NCBI GenBank assembly: GCA_963765245.1
Contig: CAVXVP010000011.1
Coordinates: 33,621-97,620, forward strand
Direction of reading: 5' to 3'
Length of the DNA stretch: 64,000 nucleotides
DNA from: an uncultured Chloroflexia bacterium
GTDB taxonomy: Bacteria; Chloroflexota; Limnocylindria; Limnocylindrales; CSP1-4
The notes under the pieces were generated by a model. It was given only the letters and a program-made list of their open reading frames with translations, ran no database searches and was not told the DNA's origin. The first letter of the stretch is position 1. Each line of letters opens with the position of its first letter. Positions 50,303 to 59,705 of the stretch are shown here, piece by piece. Both the position numbers and the translations under genes were made by a program.

Positions 50303-51322
50303 GTGTCGACCGACGGACAGACCAGCGATCCCCGCGCTTCGCTCGCCCCCGCCATCGAGGCGGTCTCCGCCGCCGGCACCCTCGAGGCGATGCTCGACGG
50401 CGTGCTCGCCGCGGCCGTCGCCGGTCTCGCGCCGTCGATGGGCGCCATCTTCGTCTCCGATCCCGACCGCCCGGGCCTCCAGCTCGTCGCGTCGCACGGG
50501 ATGGACCAGGGCGCGACGGCCGCTCTCTCCACAGCGGTCAACGACCCGGCCGATCCGTTCACGACGGCCGCGGTCACGCGGATCGCGACGTACGACCGCG
50601 AGGCCACGGCGGCGGACGGCTCGGGCTTCGTCGGCGCCTACCTCCCGCTGGTCGTCGGCAGTGGCGGCGTCGACACCGTGCTGGGTGCGATCGGCTTCGG
50701 CTGGCCGGCGCCGCGCGCCCTCGACACGACCGAACAGGAGACGCTGACCGCGTTGGCCGGGCTGGCCGCGCTGGCCATCGACCGGACGCGCCTGGCCTCG
50801 ACAGCCGCCGAACGCTCCGAATGGTTCGAGCGCATGGCCCACACCGACCCGCTCACCGGGCTTGCCAACGAGCGCACGGTCGGGCGCGTCCTCGAGCTCG
50901 AGCTGGCACGCGCCGGCCGCCAGGGCAGCGAGGTCTCGTTCGCGATGTTCGACGTCGACGACTTCCGGGCGACCAACGAGGAGGGCGGTCACGAGGCCGG
51001 CGACGACGTCCTGCGTCGGGTCGCCGCGGTCCTCGCGGAGTCGGTCCGGCTGGTCGACACCGTCGGCCGGATCGGTGGCGACGAGTTCGTGCTGGTGGCT
51101 CCCGGCTCGGCCGGCGCGATGGTGGCGCGACGGATCCTCGACGGGATCGCGGCACTCCCCGCGGTCGGCGGCAGGCAGATCACGGTCTCGGCCGGCGTGG
51201 CGCGCTTCCCCGTCGACGCGACCGACGCGGCTGGCCTGATCGCGGCCGCCACGGACGGGCTGGCCCGGGCGCGCGCCGAGGGACGGGGCTCGGTCGCCTC
51301 AGGCGTGGTCAGCGACGGATAG
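50303..51322 (+). CDS. GAF-GGDEF diguanylate cyclase
   Basis: AGGAG lies 6 nt upstream of GTG 50303. DPLTGLANER, FAMFDVDDFRATNE, RIGGDEFVLV (intact GGDEF) and an upstream GAF-like region. Confidence 0.85.
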   Translation: MSTDGQTSDPRASLAPAIEAVSAAGTLEAMLDGVLAAAVAGLAPSMGAIFVSDPDRPGLQLVASHGMDQGATAALSTAVNDPADPFTTAAVTRIATYDREATAADGSGFVGAYLPLVVGSGGVDTVLGAIGFGWPAPRALDTTEQETLTALAGLAALAIDRTRLASTAAERSEWFERMAHTDPLTGLANERTVGRVLELELARAGRQGSEVSFAMFDVDDFRATNEEGGHEAGDDVLRRVAAVLAESVRLVDTVGRIGGDEFVLVAPGSAGAMVARRILDGIAALPAVGGRQITVSAGVARFPVDATDAAGLIAAATDGLARARAEGRGSVASGVVSDG

Positions 51323-52006
51323 GTGACGCAGCCAGGCGACGAGGTCGTCCACCGCCGGCCGCTCCCCGAGGAGGTCGCCCAGGGCCCTGACATCGAAGGT
51401 CAACCGGCCACGCCCGCGACCGGCCACGGCATCCGCCGGCTCGTCATCGAGATCGTCGAGACCCTCGCGCTCACGGCGATCATCTTCTTCGTCATCCAGA
51501 CCTTCGTGGCCCAGCCGTTCGAGGTCAAGCAGATGTCGATGGAGCGGACGCTGGAGCCCGGGCACTACGTCCTCGTCGACAAGCTGACGCCGCGGTTCGA
51601 TCCCTACCACCTCGGCGACATCATCGTCTTCGAGCCGCCGGCGACCTGGTCCGACGGCGGCACGCCGTTCATCAAGCGCGTCATCGGCCGCGCGGGCGAC
51701 CGGGTCGAGATCCTCGACGACGGTGGGGTGGCGGTCAACGGGACGGTCCTCGACGAGCCGTACCTCTACCGGTCCGATCCGAGCGGCGCGACCGACCCGA
51801 CCGAGGCCTCGGGCGTCTCCTCGTGGACGGTCGGCGAGGGCGAGCTGTTCGTGATGGGCGACCATCGCGGGAACTCGGTCGATTCGCGGGTCTTCGGCAC
51901 GATCCCCGTCGACCACGTCGTGGGCCGCGCGTGGCTGCGCTACTGGCCCCTGGACGTGGCCGGGTTCCTCGGCGGCACGAAGACGGGCGATCCCACCGCC
52001 GACTGA
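51323..52006 (+). CDS. lepB: Signal peptidase I (S26)
   Basis: TM anchor LALTAIIFFVIQTF, catalytic region QMSMERTL, FIKRVIGRAGD and GDHRGNSVDSR. Confidence 0.85.
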   Translation: MTQPGDEVVHRRPLPEEVAQGPDIEGQPATPATGHGIRRLVIEIVETLALTAIIFFVIQTFVAQPFEVKQMSMERTLEPGHYVLVDKLTPRFDPYHLGDIIVFEPPATWSDGGTPFIKRVIGRAGDRVEILDDGGVAVNGTVLDEPYLYRSDPSGATDPTEASGVSSWTVGEGELFVMGDHRGNSVDSRVFGTIPVDHVVGRAWLRYWPLDVAGFLGGTKTGDPTAD

Positions 52007-52011
52007 TTCGG

Positions 52012-52848
52012 TCAGGCGGGGGCGGTCGCGACGCCCTTCGAGACCACGGGGCCGGTCGGCGCCGTCATCCCCGGCGTCGGCTCGCGCGTGAGGGCGATGA
52101 CGGTGCCTGCGGCCAGCGCCGGTGACGCCGCTTCGAAGGTGCCCGTCCCGTCGCTGCCGACCGTGAAGTCGCCGAGCGCGAGCGGGACGCCGTCGCCACC
52201 GATCGCCCAGGTCGTGTAGACGGTGCTCCCGCTGGTCGGCGCGAGGTCGCGTGCACGCGAGCGCGACCTTGCCGTCCGCGCCGACCGCGGCAAGACCCGA
52301 GCCGGTCCCGTCGGCCGGCGTCAGGATCGCCGTCAGCGAGCCCGGCTGGGCGGCCACGTCGATGACCGCCGCGACGCTGCGCTGGTACGCCTCGGTCGCG
52401 TTGAGCTGGTTCTGGAGCAGCAGGTTCCAGCCGGCCAGCGCCGACGATCGCGACGACCGCGGCGATGCGCAGGATCCAGGTCCCGGTGGACGTGCGGGCT
52501 TTCCGTTCGGTCCGCTCAGACGCACTCGGGAAGGGTGTCGGCTCTGGGGCCGTCGTCGTCGCGGGCCGTCGTCGCGGCGCCGGCCGTGCGCTCCTCGAGA
52601 TCCGCGGCCGCGGCCGCCATGATCCGCGCCTTGAGACCCTCCGGCGGCTCGACGACCGGCACGCTCTCGGCCAGGGCGGGCAGCACGCCACCCAGCTCGG
52701 CGATCTCCTCGTGCGCGTCGTCGCACGTTGCGAGATGCGCGCGCACGGCCGCCGCTTCCGCGGGGTCGAGGGCGCCCAGCACGAACGCGCCGGCCATCTC
52801 GCGGACCTCGTCGCAGGTCAGGGTCTTCACGTCGTCCCGTCCGTTCAC
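52012..52848 (-). pseudogene. rskA: Anti-sigma-K factor RskA-like (zf-HC2 N-terminus, TM helix, extracytoplasmic RskA domain); three frame breaks
   Basis: LTCDEVREMAGAFVLGALDPAEAAAVRAHLATCDDAHEE, then WILRIAAVVAIVG, NLLLQNQLNATEAYQ...TAILTPADGTG and VYTTWAIGGDGVPLALGDF in other frames. Breaks at about 52515, 52440 and 52265. Confidence 0.7.
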
Positions 52849-53441
52849 GAGGCCCACGCTTCCAGGCTGCGACGCATCGCCAGCAGACCGAGTCGCATCC
52901 GGCTCTTGACCGTCCCGAGCGGTGTCGCGGTCCGGTCGGCGATCTCCTGCTGGGTCAGGCCGCTGAAGTAGGCGAGCTCGATCGCCTCGCGCTGGACGTC
53001 CGACAGCTCGGCCAGGGCGCGCTGGACCAGGTCGGCGTCGAGACCGGCCGCGACCTCCATCCAGACGTCGGGCTCGGTCAGTGCGGCCGGCGGCGGCACC
53101 TCGACATCGGGGAGCTCCGTCGTCGGGCGGCGCCGTCGGACGGCATCGATGGCGCGGTGGTGCACGATCGCCAGGAGCCACGTCTTCACGCTGCCTCGCC
53201 CCTCGACGTAGCGGGCGGCATTCCGCCACGCACCCAGGAACGCGTCCTGGACGACGTCTTCGGCGAGGGTCGAGTCATTCGTGATGCGGTAGGCGATCGA
53301 GTAGGCCATCGTCTTGTAGCGGTCATACAGTTCCTCGAGAGCATCGAGCTCCCCATCGGCAAGGCGCACGAGGACGGCCCGGTCGGCTGCGTCCGCGGGG
53401 GACGCGACCCTGAGCCGCAGCGGCTGGTCCGCCTGTGTCAT
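52845..53441 (-). CDS. sigK: ECF RNA polymerase sigma factor (SigK-like)
   Basis: 198-aa intact ORF. Region 2 DVVQDAFLGAWR and region 4 LSDVQREAIELAYFSGLTQQEIADRTATPLGTVKSRMR. Confidence 0.9.
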   Translation of the reverse strand: MTQADQPLRLRVASPADAADRAVLVRLADGELDALEELYDRYKTMAYSIAYRITNDSTLAEDVVQDAFLGAWRNAARYVEGRGSVKTWLLAIVHHRAIDAVRRRRPTTELPDVEVPPPAALTEPDVWMEVAAGLDADLVQRALAELSDVQREAIELAYFSGLTQQEIADRTATPLGTVKSRMRLGLLAMRRSLEAWAS

Positions 53442-54124
53442 CCGTATGTGCGTGCCGTGGCGGGTTTCGGTTCATCCGAGCGAACGAGGCGGTCGACCGC
53501 CGAAGCCGCCGCCGACGCCACATCCCCCGTCGGACGGCTGGCGTCGACGACCGCGAAACGACCCGGTTCGGCCGCGGCCAGGGCGAGGAATCCGTCGCGA
53601 ACACGGCGGTGGAAGTCGAGGTCGAATTCGGCCTCGAAGCGGGTGACGTCGCCGGGCGCCTTGCGTGCGAGACCCTCCTCGACCGGCACGTCGAGGAGGA
53701 TCGTCAGGTCCGGCGTCAGGCCGTCGGTCGCGGCGAGCTCGAGGGCACGAAGCCGGTCGAGCGGGATCCCGGCGCCATAGCCCTGGTAGGCCAGCGTCGA
53801 GTCGGCGAAACGCGCGCAGACGACCGTTCGCCCGGCGTCGAGCGCGGGGCGGATGACCTCGGTCACGAGCTGGCGGCGCGCGGCGTTGAACAGCAGGGCG
53901 TCCGTCAGGGGATCGGTCGGGGCGGCCGAATCGGTGCGGGCCAGCAGGATCTCGCGAAGCCTCTCGCCCAGCCACGTGCCGCCCGGCTCGCGCGTGGTGT
54001 GGACGTCGAGACCCAGATCCACGAGGTGCCTGGCGAGGGCATCGGCCTGCGTCGTCTTGCCGGCACCCTCCGGCCCCTCGATGGTGATGAACCAGCCGTG
54101 CGCCGGCGCCGCGGGTCGTGTCAC
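53438..54124 (-). CDS. tmk: dTMP (thymidylate) kinase
   Basis: FITIEGPEGAGKTTQ (P-loop), TREPGGT and DRF-like CARFADSTLAYQG. GTG 54124 chosen within the longer ORF. Confidence 0.9.
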   Translation of the reverse strand: MTRPAAPAHGWFITIEGPEGAGKTTQADALARHLVDLGLDVHTTREPGGTWLGERLREILLARTDSAAPTDPLTDALLFNAARRQLVTEVIRPALDAGRTVVCARFADSTLAYQGYGAGIPLDRLRALELAATDGLTPDLTILLDVPVEEGLARKAPGDVTRFEAEFDLDFHRRVRDGFLALAAAEPGRFAVVDASRPTGDVASAAASAVDRLVRSDEPKPATARTYG

Positions 54125-54316
54125 GGGGCGAGTGTATCCGACGCTCCCCTGCCGACCGGTTCGTTCATCCGGCGAAGCGGGTGCCGCGTATCCCATGCGC
54201 CGAGCTCGTCGGGGCCACCGCCGGTGGATCCGGGGAGCATGGCCGAAGATATGCCGCATGACCTGGGACGCACGAACGATGACCGACCGATCTCGCCCTC
54301 TCGTGGTTGACCCGCA

Positions 54317-55980
54317 GTGACCCCGCTCGTTCGCCGTCCGCGCCACCCGCGCCGACGGCCACTGGCGGTCCTGCTCGGGATCCTCGGCGTCCTCCTCGTC
54401 CCGGCGCTGGCCGCGGCGCATCCGCTCGGCAACTTCACGATCAACCACTACACGGGGATCCGCGTCGAGCCCGACCGGATCCTCCTCGACGTCGTCATCG
54501 ACCAGGCGGAGATCCCGACCTTCCAGGCACGTCTCGACTTCGACACCGATGGCGACGGCGAGGTCTCCGACGAGGAGACCGATGCCGGGCGGGTGACCGC
54601 CTGCGACGGTCTCGAGCCGTCGCTGGCACTGAAGGTCGACGGCGTCGCAGCCGAACCTCACGCTGACCGAGGCGGGCCTGACATTCCCGGCCGGGGTCGG
54701 TGGCCTGTCGACGATGCGCATGGTGTGCGGCTTCCGCGTCGATACGGGCCCGCATCGCCGCGGGCACGCGGATCGACTACGCCGACACGTCCTTCAGCGA
54801 GCGACTCGGCTGGCGCGAGATCGTGGTCTCCGGCTCGGCGATGACGCTGGCCGGTGGCGACGGCGCGCTGCGGACCAAGGACACGTCGGCCCGGCTGACC
54901 GCCTATCCGACCAACCTGCTGACCCAGGCGCTGGCCGACACGTCGGTCTCGATCGTCGCCACGCCTGGCGGGGCGACGCTCCCGCCGTTCGACATCGCCG
55001 ACGCGTCGCCGCTGCCCGGGGCGGGCCAGGTGGCGACGGTCGCCACGCCGGCCGCCGGGCGCCGCAGGCGGCGACCGGTTCCGGTGGTCGCCCCGACCGC
55101 GGTCCCGGCCACGGCCGCCGGGGTCCCCGGTGGCGTGACCAGCGGCGACCTGCCCTCGATCTTCCGCACCGCCGACCTGTCGCCGCTGGTCCTGCTCGTC
55201 TCGATCCTGACCGCCGCCGCGCTCGGTGCCGGCCACGCGCTGACGCCCGGCCACGGCAAGACGCTGATGGCCGCCTACCTCGTCGGGACGCGCGGGACGC
55301 CGCTCCACGCCGCGGGGCTCGGGCTGTCGGTCACCTTCTCGCACACGCTCGGCATCCTGGTCCTCGCCGCCCTGGTCGTCGGGGCCGGAGGGTTCCTGCC
55401 CCCGGACCTGATCGTGAAGTCGGCGCCGATCGTGGCGGCCATCTCGATCGTGGCGATCGGCGGCTGGATGCTGATCAGTGAGGGTCGCCGGCGCTGGCGG
55501 ATCCGCGCCGCCGAGACCGCGCACGCTCAGGCCCACGCGCACGCCGGACGAGCACGACCACGAGCACGAGCACGCGCCCGGCGACCACGCCCCGGCGATG
55601 AACACAGCCACGGCGGCGTCGCCCACAGCCACCTCCCGCCGGCCGGAACGACGATCTCGTGGCGCAGCCTCTTCGTCCTCGGGCTTGCGGGCGGCCTGAT
55701 CCCCTCGACCAGCGCGCTGCTGATCCTGCTCGGCTCGATCGCCGCCGGGCGCCCCGCCTTCGGGTTCGTCCTGGTCGTCGCGTTCGGGCTCGGGATGGCG
55801 CTGGTGATGGGCGGGATCGGGCTGGCGCTCGTCCTCGCCCGCGGTCGTCTCGATCGCGTCGACGCCGGCTCCCCGCTCGGCCGTGCAAGCAGCTTCGTCC
55901 CGCTCGCGGCTGCGTTCCTCGTCTTCGGGCTCGGCATCTACCTCACGATCCAGGCCGTCGCCGGCAACACGACGCTGTAA
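54317..55980 (+). pseudogene. RcnA/NicO-like nickel/cobalt efflux permease fused to an N-terminal secreted domain; about four frame breaks
   Basis: Signal peptide LAVLLGILGVLLVPALAAAHPLGNFTINHY. GHALTPGHGKTLMAAYLVG motif, His-rich loop, C-terminal GGLIPSTSALLILLGS. Breaks at about 54655, 54755, 55546 and 55592. Confidence 0.65.
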
Positions 55981-56063
55981 CGCCGGCGGGCGTCCGTGCG
56001 GCACGACCACTAGGTCGAATGCCCGAGTGTCTCGCTGACAACCCTCTGCTAGGCTCGCCGCCC

Positions 56064-57512
56064 ATGTCAGACCTGACCGATCGCGCCCTCGACACTGCCT
56101 CTGCGCGCGGCGCGAGCTATGCCGACGTCCGGAGCGTCCGTCGGCTCGAGGAGAGCATCTCGATCAAGACCGGCCGGGTCGAGGGCGTCGCGTCCGGCGA
56201 GAGCGAGGGCTTCGGCGTCCGCGTCCTCGTCGACGGGGCGTGGGGCTTCGCCTCGTCGCACGTCCTGACGACCGCGGAGGCCGACCGCGTCGCCGCCGAA
56301 GCCGTCCGGATCGCCCGGGCGAGCGCCACCGCGCTGCGCGACCAGACCCGCCTCGACGATCGGCCGCCGGCCCACGGCCGCTACGAGACGCCGCTCGAGG
56401 AGGACCCGTTCGCCGTCCCGCTCGAGACCAAGATCGCCGACCTGCTCGCCGCCGACGAGGCGGCGGCGCGCGTCAAGGGCATCGCCTTCACCGAGTCGAG
56501 CTACGCGGCACAGCGCGAATGGAAGACCTTCGCCGCGACCGACGGCAGCCTGACCGAGCAGGTCATCACCCACGTCGGCGCGGGGATCGAGGCCAACGCC
56601 GTCGACGGCGACGAGCACCAGCGCCGGAGCTACCCGGACTCGGGCGGCGGCTGGGGCGGCGGCGGCTACGAGTTCGTCCGCCGGCTGGGCCTGGCCGAGC
56701 GCGCCGAGCCGCTGGCCGACGAGGCGGTCGAGCTCCTGACCGCGCCGCAGTGCCCGTCCGGCCGCTTCACGATCATCCTCGACCCGAGCCAGCTCTACCT
56801 CCAGGTCCACGAGTCGTGCGGCCACCCGACCGAGCTCGACCGGGTCTTCGGGACCGAGGCGTCGTACGCCGGGACCAGCTTCCTGACGACCGACAAGCTC
56901 GACGCGGGCTTCCGCTACGGCTCGGACCTCATCGACATCGTCGCCGACGCGACCGCGCCCGGCGGCATGGGCACGTTCGGCTGGGACGACGAGGGCGTCG
57001 CGGCGCAGGCCGTGCCGCTCATCCAGAACGGGATCTTCGTCGGCTACCTGTCGAGCCGCGAGACCGCGCCGCGGATCGGCCGCCAGAGCGGTGGCGCGAT
57101 GCGGGCCGACGGCTGGAACCGGATCCCGCTCATCCGGATGACCAACATCAACCTGCTGCCCAAGCCCGGGATGAGCCTCGACGACATCGTCGCCGACACC
57201 GACGACGGCCTCTACCTCGCGTCGAACCGGTCGTGGTCGATCGACGACCGGCGCCTCAACTTCCAGTTCGCGACCGAGGTCGCCTACGAGATCAAGGGCG
57301 GGAAGAAGGGCCGGCTGTTCAAGAACCCGACCTACACCGGCATCACCTACGAGTTCTGGCGGTCGTGCGACGCGGTCGGCGACGAGTCGAGCTACGTGAT
57401 GCTCGGGACGCCGAACTGCGGCAAGGGCGAGCCCGGCCAGACCGGCCACGTCGGCCACGCCGTGCCGGGTGCGCGGTTCCGCGACGTCCAGGTCGGGGTC
57501 GGCAAGTGGTAG
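56064..57512 (+). CDS. tldD: TldD-family metalloprotease
   Basis: MSDLTDRALDTASARGASYADVR... starts at ATG 56064 within the longer ORF. HESCGHPTELD (HExxxH) and a C-terminal GxC region. Intact. Confidence 0.9.
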   Translation: MSDLTDRALDTASARGASYADVRSVRRLEESISIKTGRVEGVASGESEGFGVRVLVDGAWGFASSHVLTTAEADRVAAEAVRIARASATALRDQTRLDDRPPAHGRYETPLEEDPFAVPLETKIADLLAADEAAARVKGIAFTESSYAAQREWKTFAATDGSLTEQVITHVGAGIEANAVDGDEHQRRSYPDSGGGWGGGGYEFVRRLGLAERAEPLADEAVELLTAPQCPSGRFTIILDPSQLYLQVHESCGHPTELDRVFGTEASYAGTSFLTTDKLDAGFRYGSDLIDIVADATAPGGMGTFGWDDEGVAAQAVPLIQNGIFVGYLSSRETAPRIGRQSGGAMRADGWNRIPLIRMTNINLLPKPGMSLDDIVADTDDGLYLASNRSWSIDDRRLNFQFATEVAYEIKGGKKGRLFKNPTYTGITYEFWRSCDAVGDESSYVMLGTPNCGKGEPGQTGHVGHAVPGARFRDVQVGVGKW

Positions 57513-57527
57513 GCACGGGCCGAGCCG

Positions 57528-58880
57528 ATGAACGACGATCGAGCCCGCGACGCGCTGCGCCTGGCCGAGGCGGCCCTCGCCGACGCGCTCCGCGACGGCG
57601 TGACCGAGGCCGAGGCGCTCGTCATGTCCGAGGACTCCGCGCTGACCCGCTTCGCCAACAGCGAGATCCACCAGAACGTGGCCGAGACCAACGTCACGAT
57701 CAACCTGCGGGTCGTCGTCGGCAAGCGGGTCGGCGTCGCGTCGTCGGGCCGGACCGACGCCGAGGGCCTGCGCCGTCTGGCCGAGAATGCCGCCGCGATC
57801 GCCCGGGTCGTGGAGGAGCTCGAGGACTGGGGCGGCCTCCCCGGGCGGACCGAGATCCGCGACGTCGCCGGCGCCTACAGCCGGACGACCGCCGATGCCA
57901 GCCCTGAGTTCCGGGCAGAGGCCGTCCGCGCCGTGATCGGCGCCGCGGACGATGCCGGTGTCACCGCCTACGGCTCGTTCGCCACCGGCACCGAGTCGAT
58001 CGCGGTCGCCAACTCGGCCGGCGCGCGGGCCTCCGGGACGCGCACGACCTCGCAGCTCATCACGGTCTCGATGGGGCCCGACGGCGGCAGCGGCTACGCC
58101 GAGTCGGCCGCGGTCGACGCCTCGACCATCGATGCGGCGGCGCTCGGCCGCGAGGCGTCGGGCAAGGCGCGCGCGACGGCCAACGCGGTCTCGGTCGACC
58201 CCGGCGACTACCCGGTCGTGCTCGAGGAATACGCCGTCGTCGACCTGCTCGACATGCTCGGCTACCTCGGGTTCTCGGCCCTCGCCGTCCAGGAGGAGCG
58301 CAGCTTCTTCGAGGCCGGCAAGCGGATCGGCAGCGACCTCGTGACGATCGTCGACGACGGCGACGACCCGGCCGGGCTCCCGCTCTGGTTCGACTACGAA
58401 GGCGTCGCCAAGCGGCGCGTCGAGCTCGTCGATCGGGGCATCTGCCGCGAGGTCGTCTACGACTCCCAGACCGCCGCCCGCGACGGCGTCGCGTCGACCG
58501 GTCACGGCCTGCCCGCCCCGAACCCGTGGGGCCCGTTCCCGCTGAACATGTTCATGGAGGCCGGCGACGCGCCGCGCGACGACCTGATCGCCGGCCTCGA
58601 TCGCGGGCTGCTCGTCACCCGCTTCCACTACACGAACCCGGTCCACCCCAAGCTCGCGATCGTCACCGGGATGACCCGCGACGGGACGTTCCTGGTCGAG
58701 GACGGGAAGATCGTCGGGCCGGTCAAGAACCTGCGCTACACGCAGAGCTACCTCGCCGCGCTGGCCGGCACCGTCGCGGTCGCCCGCGAGCGCAAGACGC
58801 TCAAGGGTTTCCTCGGTGGCGTCGTCGTCCCGGCCGTCCGCATCGACGGCTGGACGTTCACCGGAGGCACCGAGCACTAG
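57528..58880 (+). CDS. pmbA: PmbA/TldE-family metalloprotease partner
   Basis: 450-aa intact ORF directly downstream of tldD. Family-typical LVTRFHYTNPVHP...DGTFLVEDGKIVGPVKNLR. Confidence 0.9.
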   Translation: MNDDRARDALRLAEAALADALRDGVTEAEALVMSEDSALTRFANSEIHQNVAETNVTINLRVVVGKRVGVASSGRTDAEGLRRLAENAAAIARVVEELEDWGGLPGRTEIRDVAGAYSRTTADASPEFRAEAVRAVIGAADDAGVTAYGSFATGTESIAVANSAGARASGTRTTSQLITVSMGPDGGSGYAESAAVDASTIDAAALGREASGKARATANAVSVDPGDYPVVLEEYAVVDLLDMLGYLGFSALAVQEERSFFEAGKRIGSDLVTIVDDGDDPAGLPLWFDYEGVAKRRVELVDRGICREVVYDSQTAARDGVASTGHGLPAPNPWGPFPLNMFMEAGDAPRDDLIAGLDRGLLVTRFHYTNPVHPKLAIVTGMTRDGTFLVEDGKIVGPVKNLRYTQSYLAALAGTVAVARERKTLKGFLGGVVVPAVRIDGWTFTGGTEH

Positions 58881-58949
58881 GTTCGGTCCGGTCGAGGTCC
58901 GCGCGTATTCCCGTTTTCGATCGGCGTGGCTGCGCGCCCCGCGCACGGG

Positions 58950-58979
58950 TTGACAGTGGTCCAGTCCGGCTGTAATGCT
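58950..58979 (+). promoter_or_regulatory. Candidate sigma-70-type promoter for folE in a locally AT-richer patch
   Basis: TTGACA at 58950-58955, 17-nt spacer, TAATGC at 58973-58978 preceded by TG. GGAAGGA (59006-59012) and ATG 59022 lie downstream. Confidence 0.4.
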
Positions 58980-59021
58980 AACGACCACTTGTTATAGACA
59001 CCGCCGGAAGGACACTCGACC

Positions 59022-59705
59022 ATGACCGCGACGATCCCCGACACCCACCAGCATCGACCCATCGAGGTCGCTCGGCCAGCCGGACGACGACGGTCTGGCC
59101 GTCGCCGCGGCAGCTGTCGCCTGACGACTGGACCCGGTTCGAGGGCTATGCCAGCGAGATCCTCGGGGCGTTCGGGATGGACCTGAGCAACCCCGGGAAC
59201 AAAGGCCACGCCGCGTCGCTTCATCCGGGCCCTGTTCGACGCGACCGACGGCTACGACGGAGACCCGAAGCTGCTGACCGCGTTCCCGACCGAGTGCCGC
59301 GGGGGCTCCGACTGCGAGCTCGCCCAGGTCGTCGAGGGGCCGATCCCGTTCTTCGCGCTGTGCGAGCACCACGTCCTGCCGTTCTTCGGCAAGGCCTGGA
59401 TCGGCTACGTCGCCCACGATCAGATCATCGGCGTGAGCAAGCTGACCCGACTCGTCCGGGTGATGACCCGCCGGTTCGGCGTCCAGGAGCGGATGACCCA
59501 CGGGATCGCCGACACCCTCGGCTCGATGCTCGACCCGCACGGCGTCGCGGTCTACATGGAAGCCCATCACCTGTGCACGGAGATGCGCGGCGTCCGCGAG
59601 GCCGAGCCGATGACCCGGACGACCGCCTGGCGCGGGACCTACGTCGAGCAGCCCAGCCTGCGTCGCGAGTTCTTCGACGTCAGCGGCATCGGCGCGCGGC
59701 GATGA
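59022..59705 (+). pseudogene. folE: GTP cyclohydrolase I (FolE); two frame breaks
   Basis: ATG 59022 with an RBS. SPDDWTRFEGYASEILGAFGMDLSNPG / ATPRRFIRALFDATDGY...FFALCEHHVLPFFGKAWIGYVAH...ISKLTRLV...HLCTEMRGV. Breaks at about 59085 and 59205. Confidence 0.8.

Noticed and set aside
56067-58988. 973-aa ORF on the minus strand
   Set aside because: It lies antisense to intact tldD and pmbA. This is a typical shadow ORF of a stop-poor, high-GC sequence.
58881-59021. Possible riboswitch (ZTP, THF or preQ1 type) upstream of folE
   Set aside because: I could not find the conserved cores of these classes by eye. The region is better explained by a promoter plus a short leader. A covariance-model scan would be needed to exclude it formally.
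58877-59224. 115-aa minus-strand ORF across the pmbA-folE intergenic region
   Set aside because: It runs through the AT-richer promoter patch and antisense to the folE 5' end. It has no RBS or motifs.
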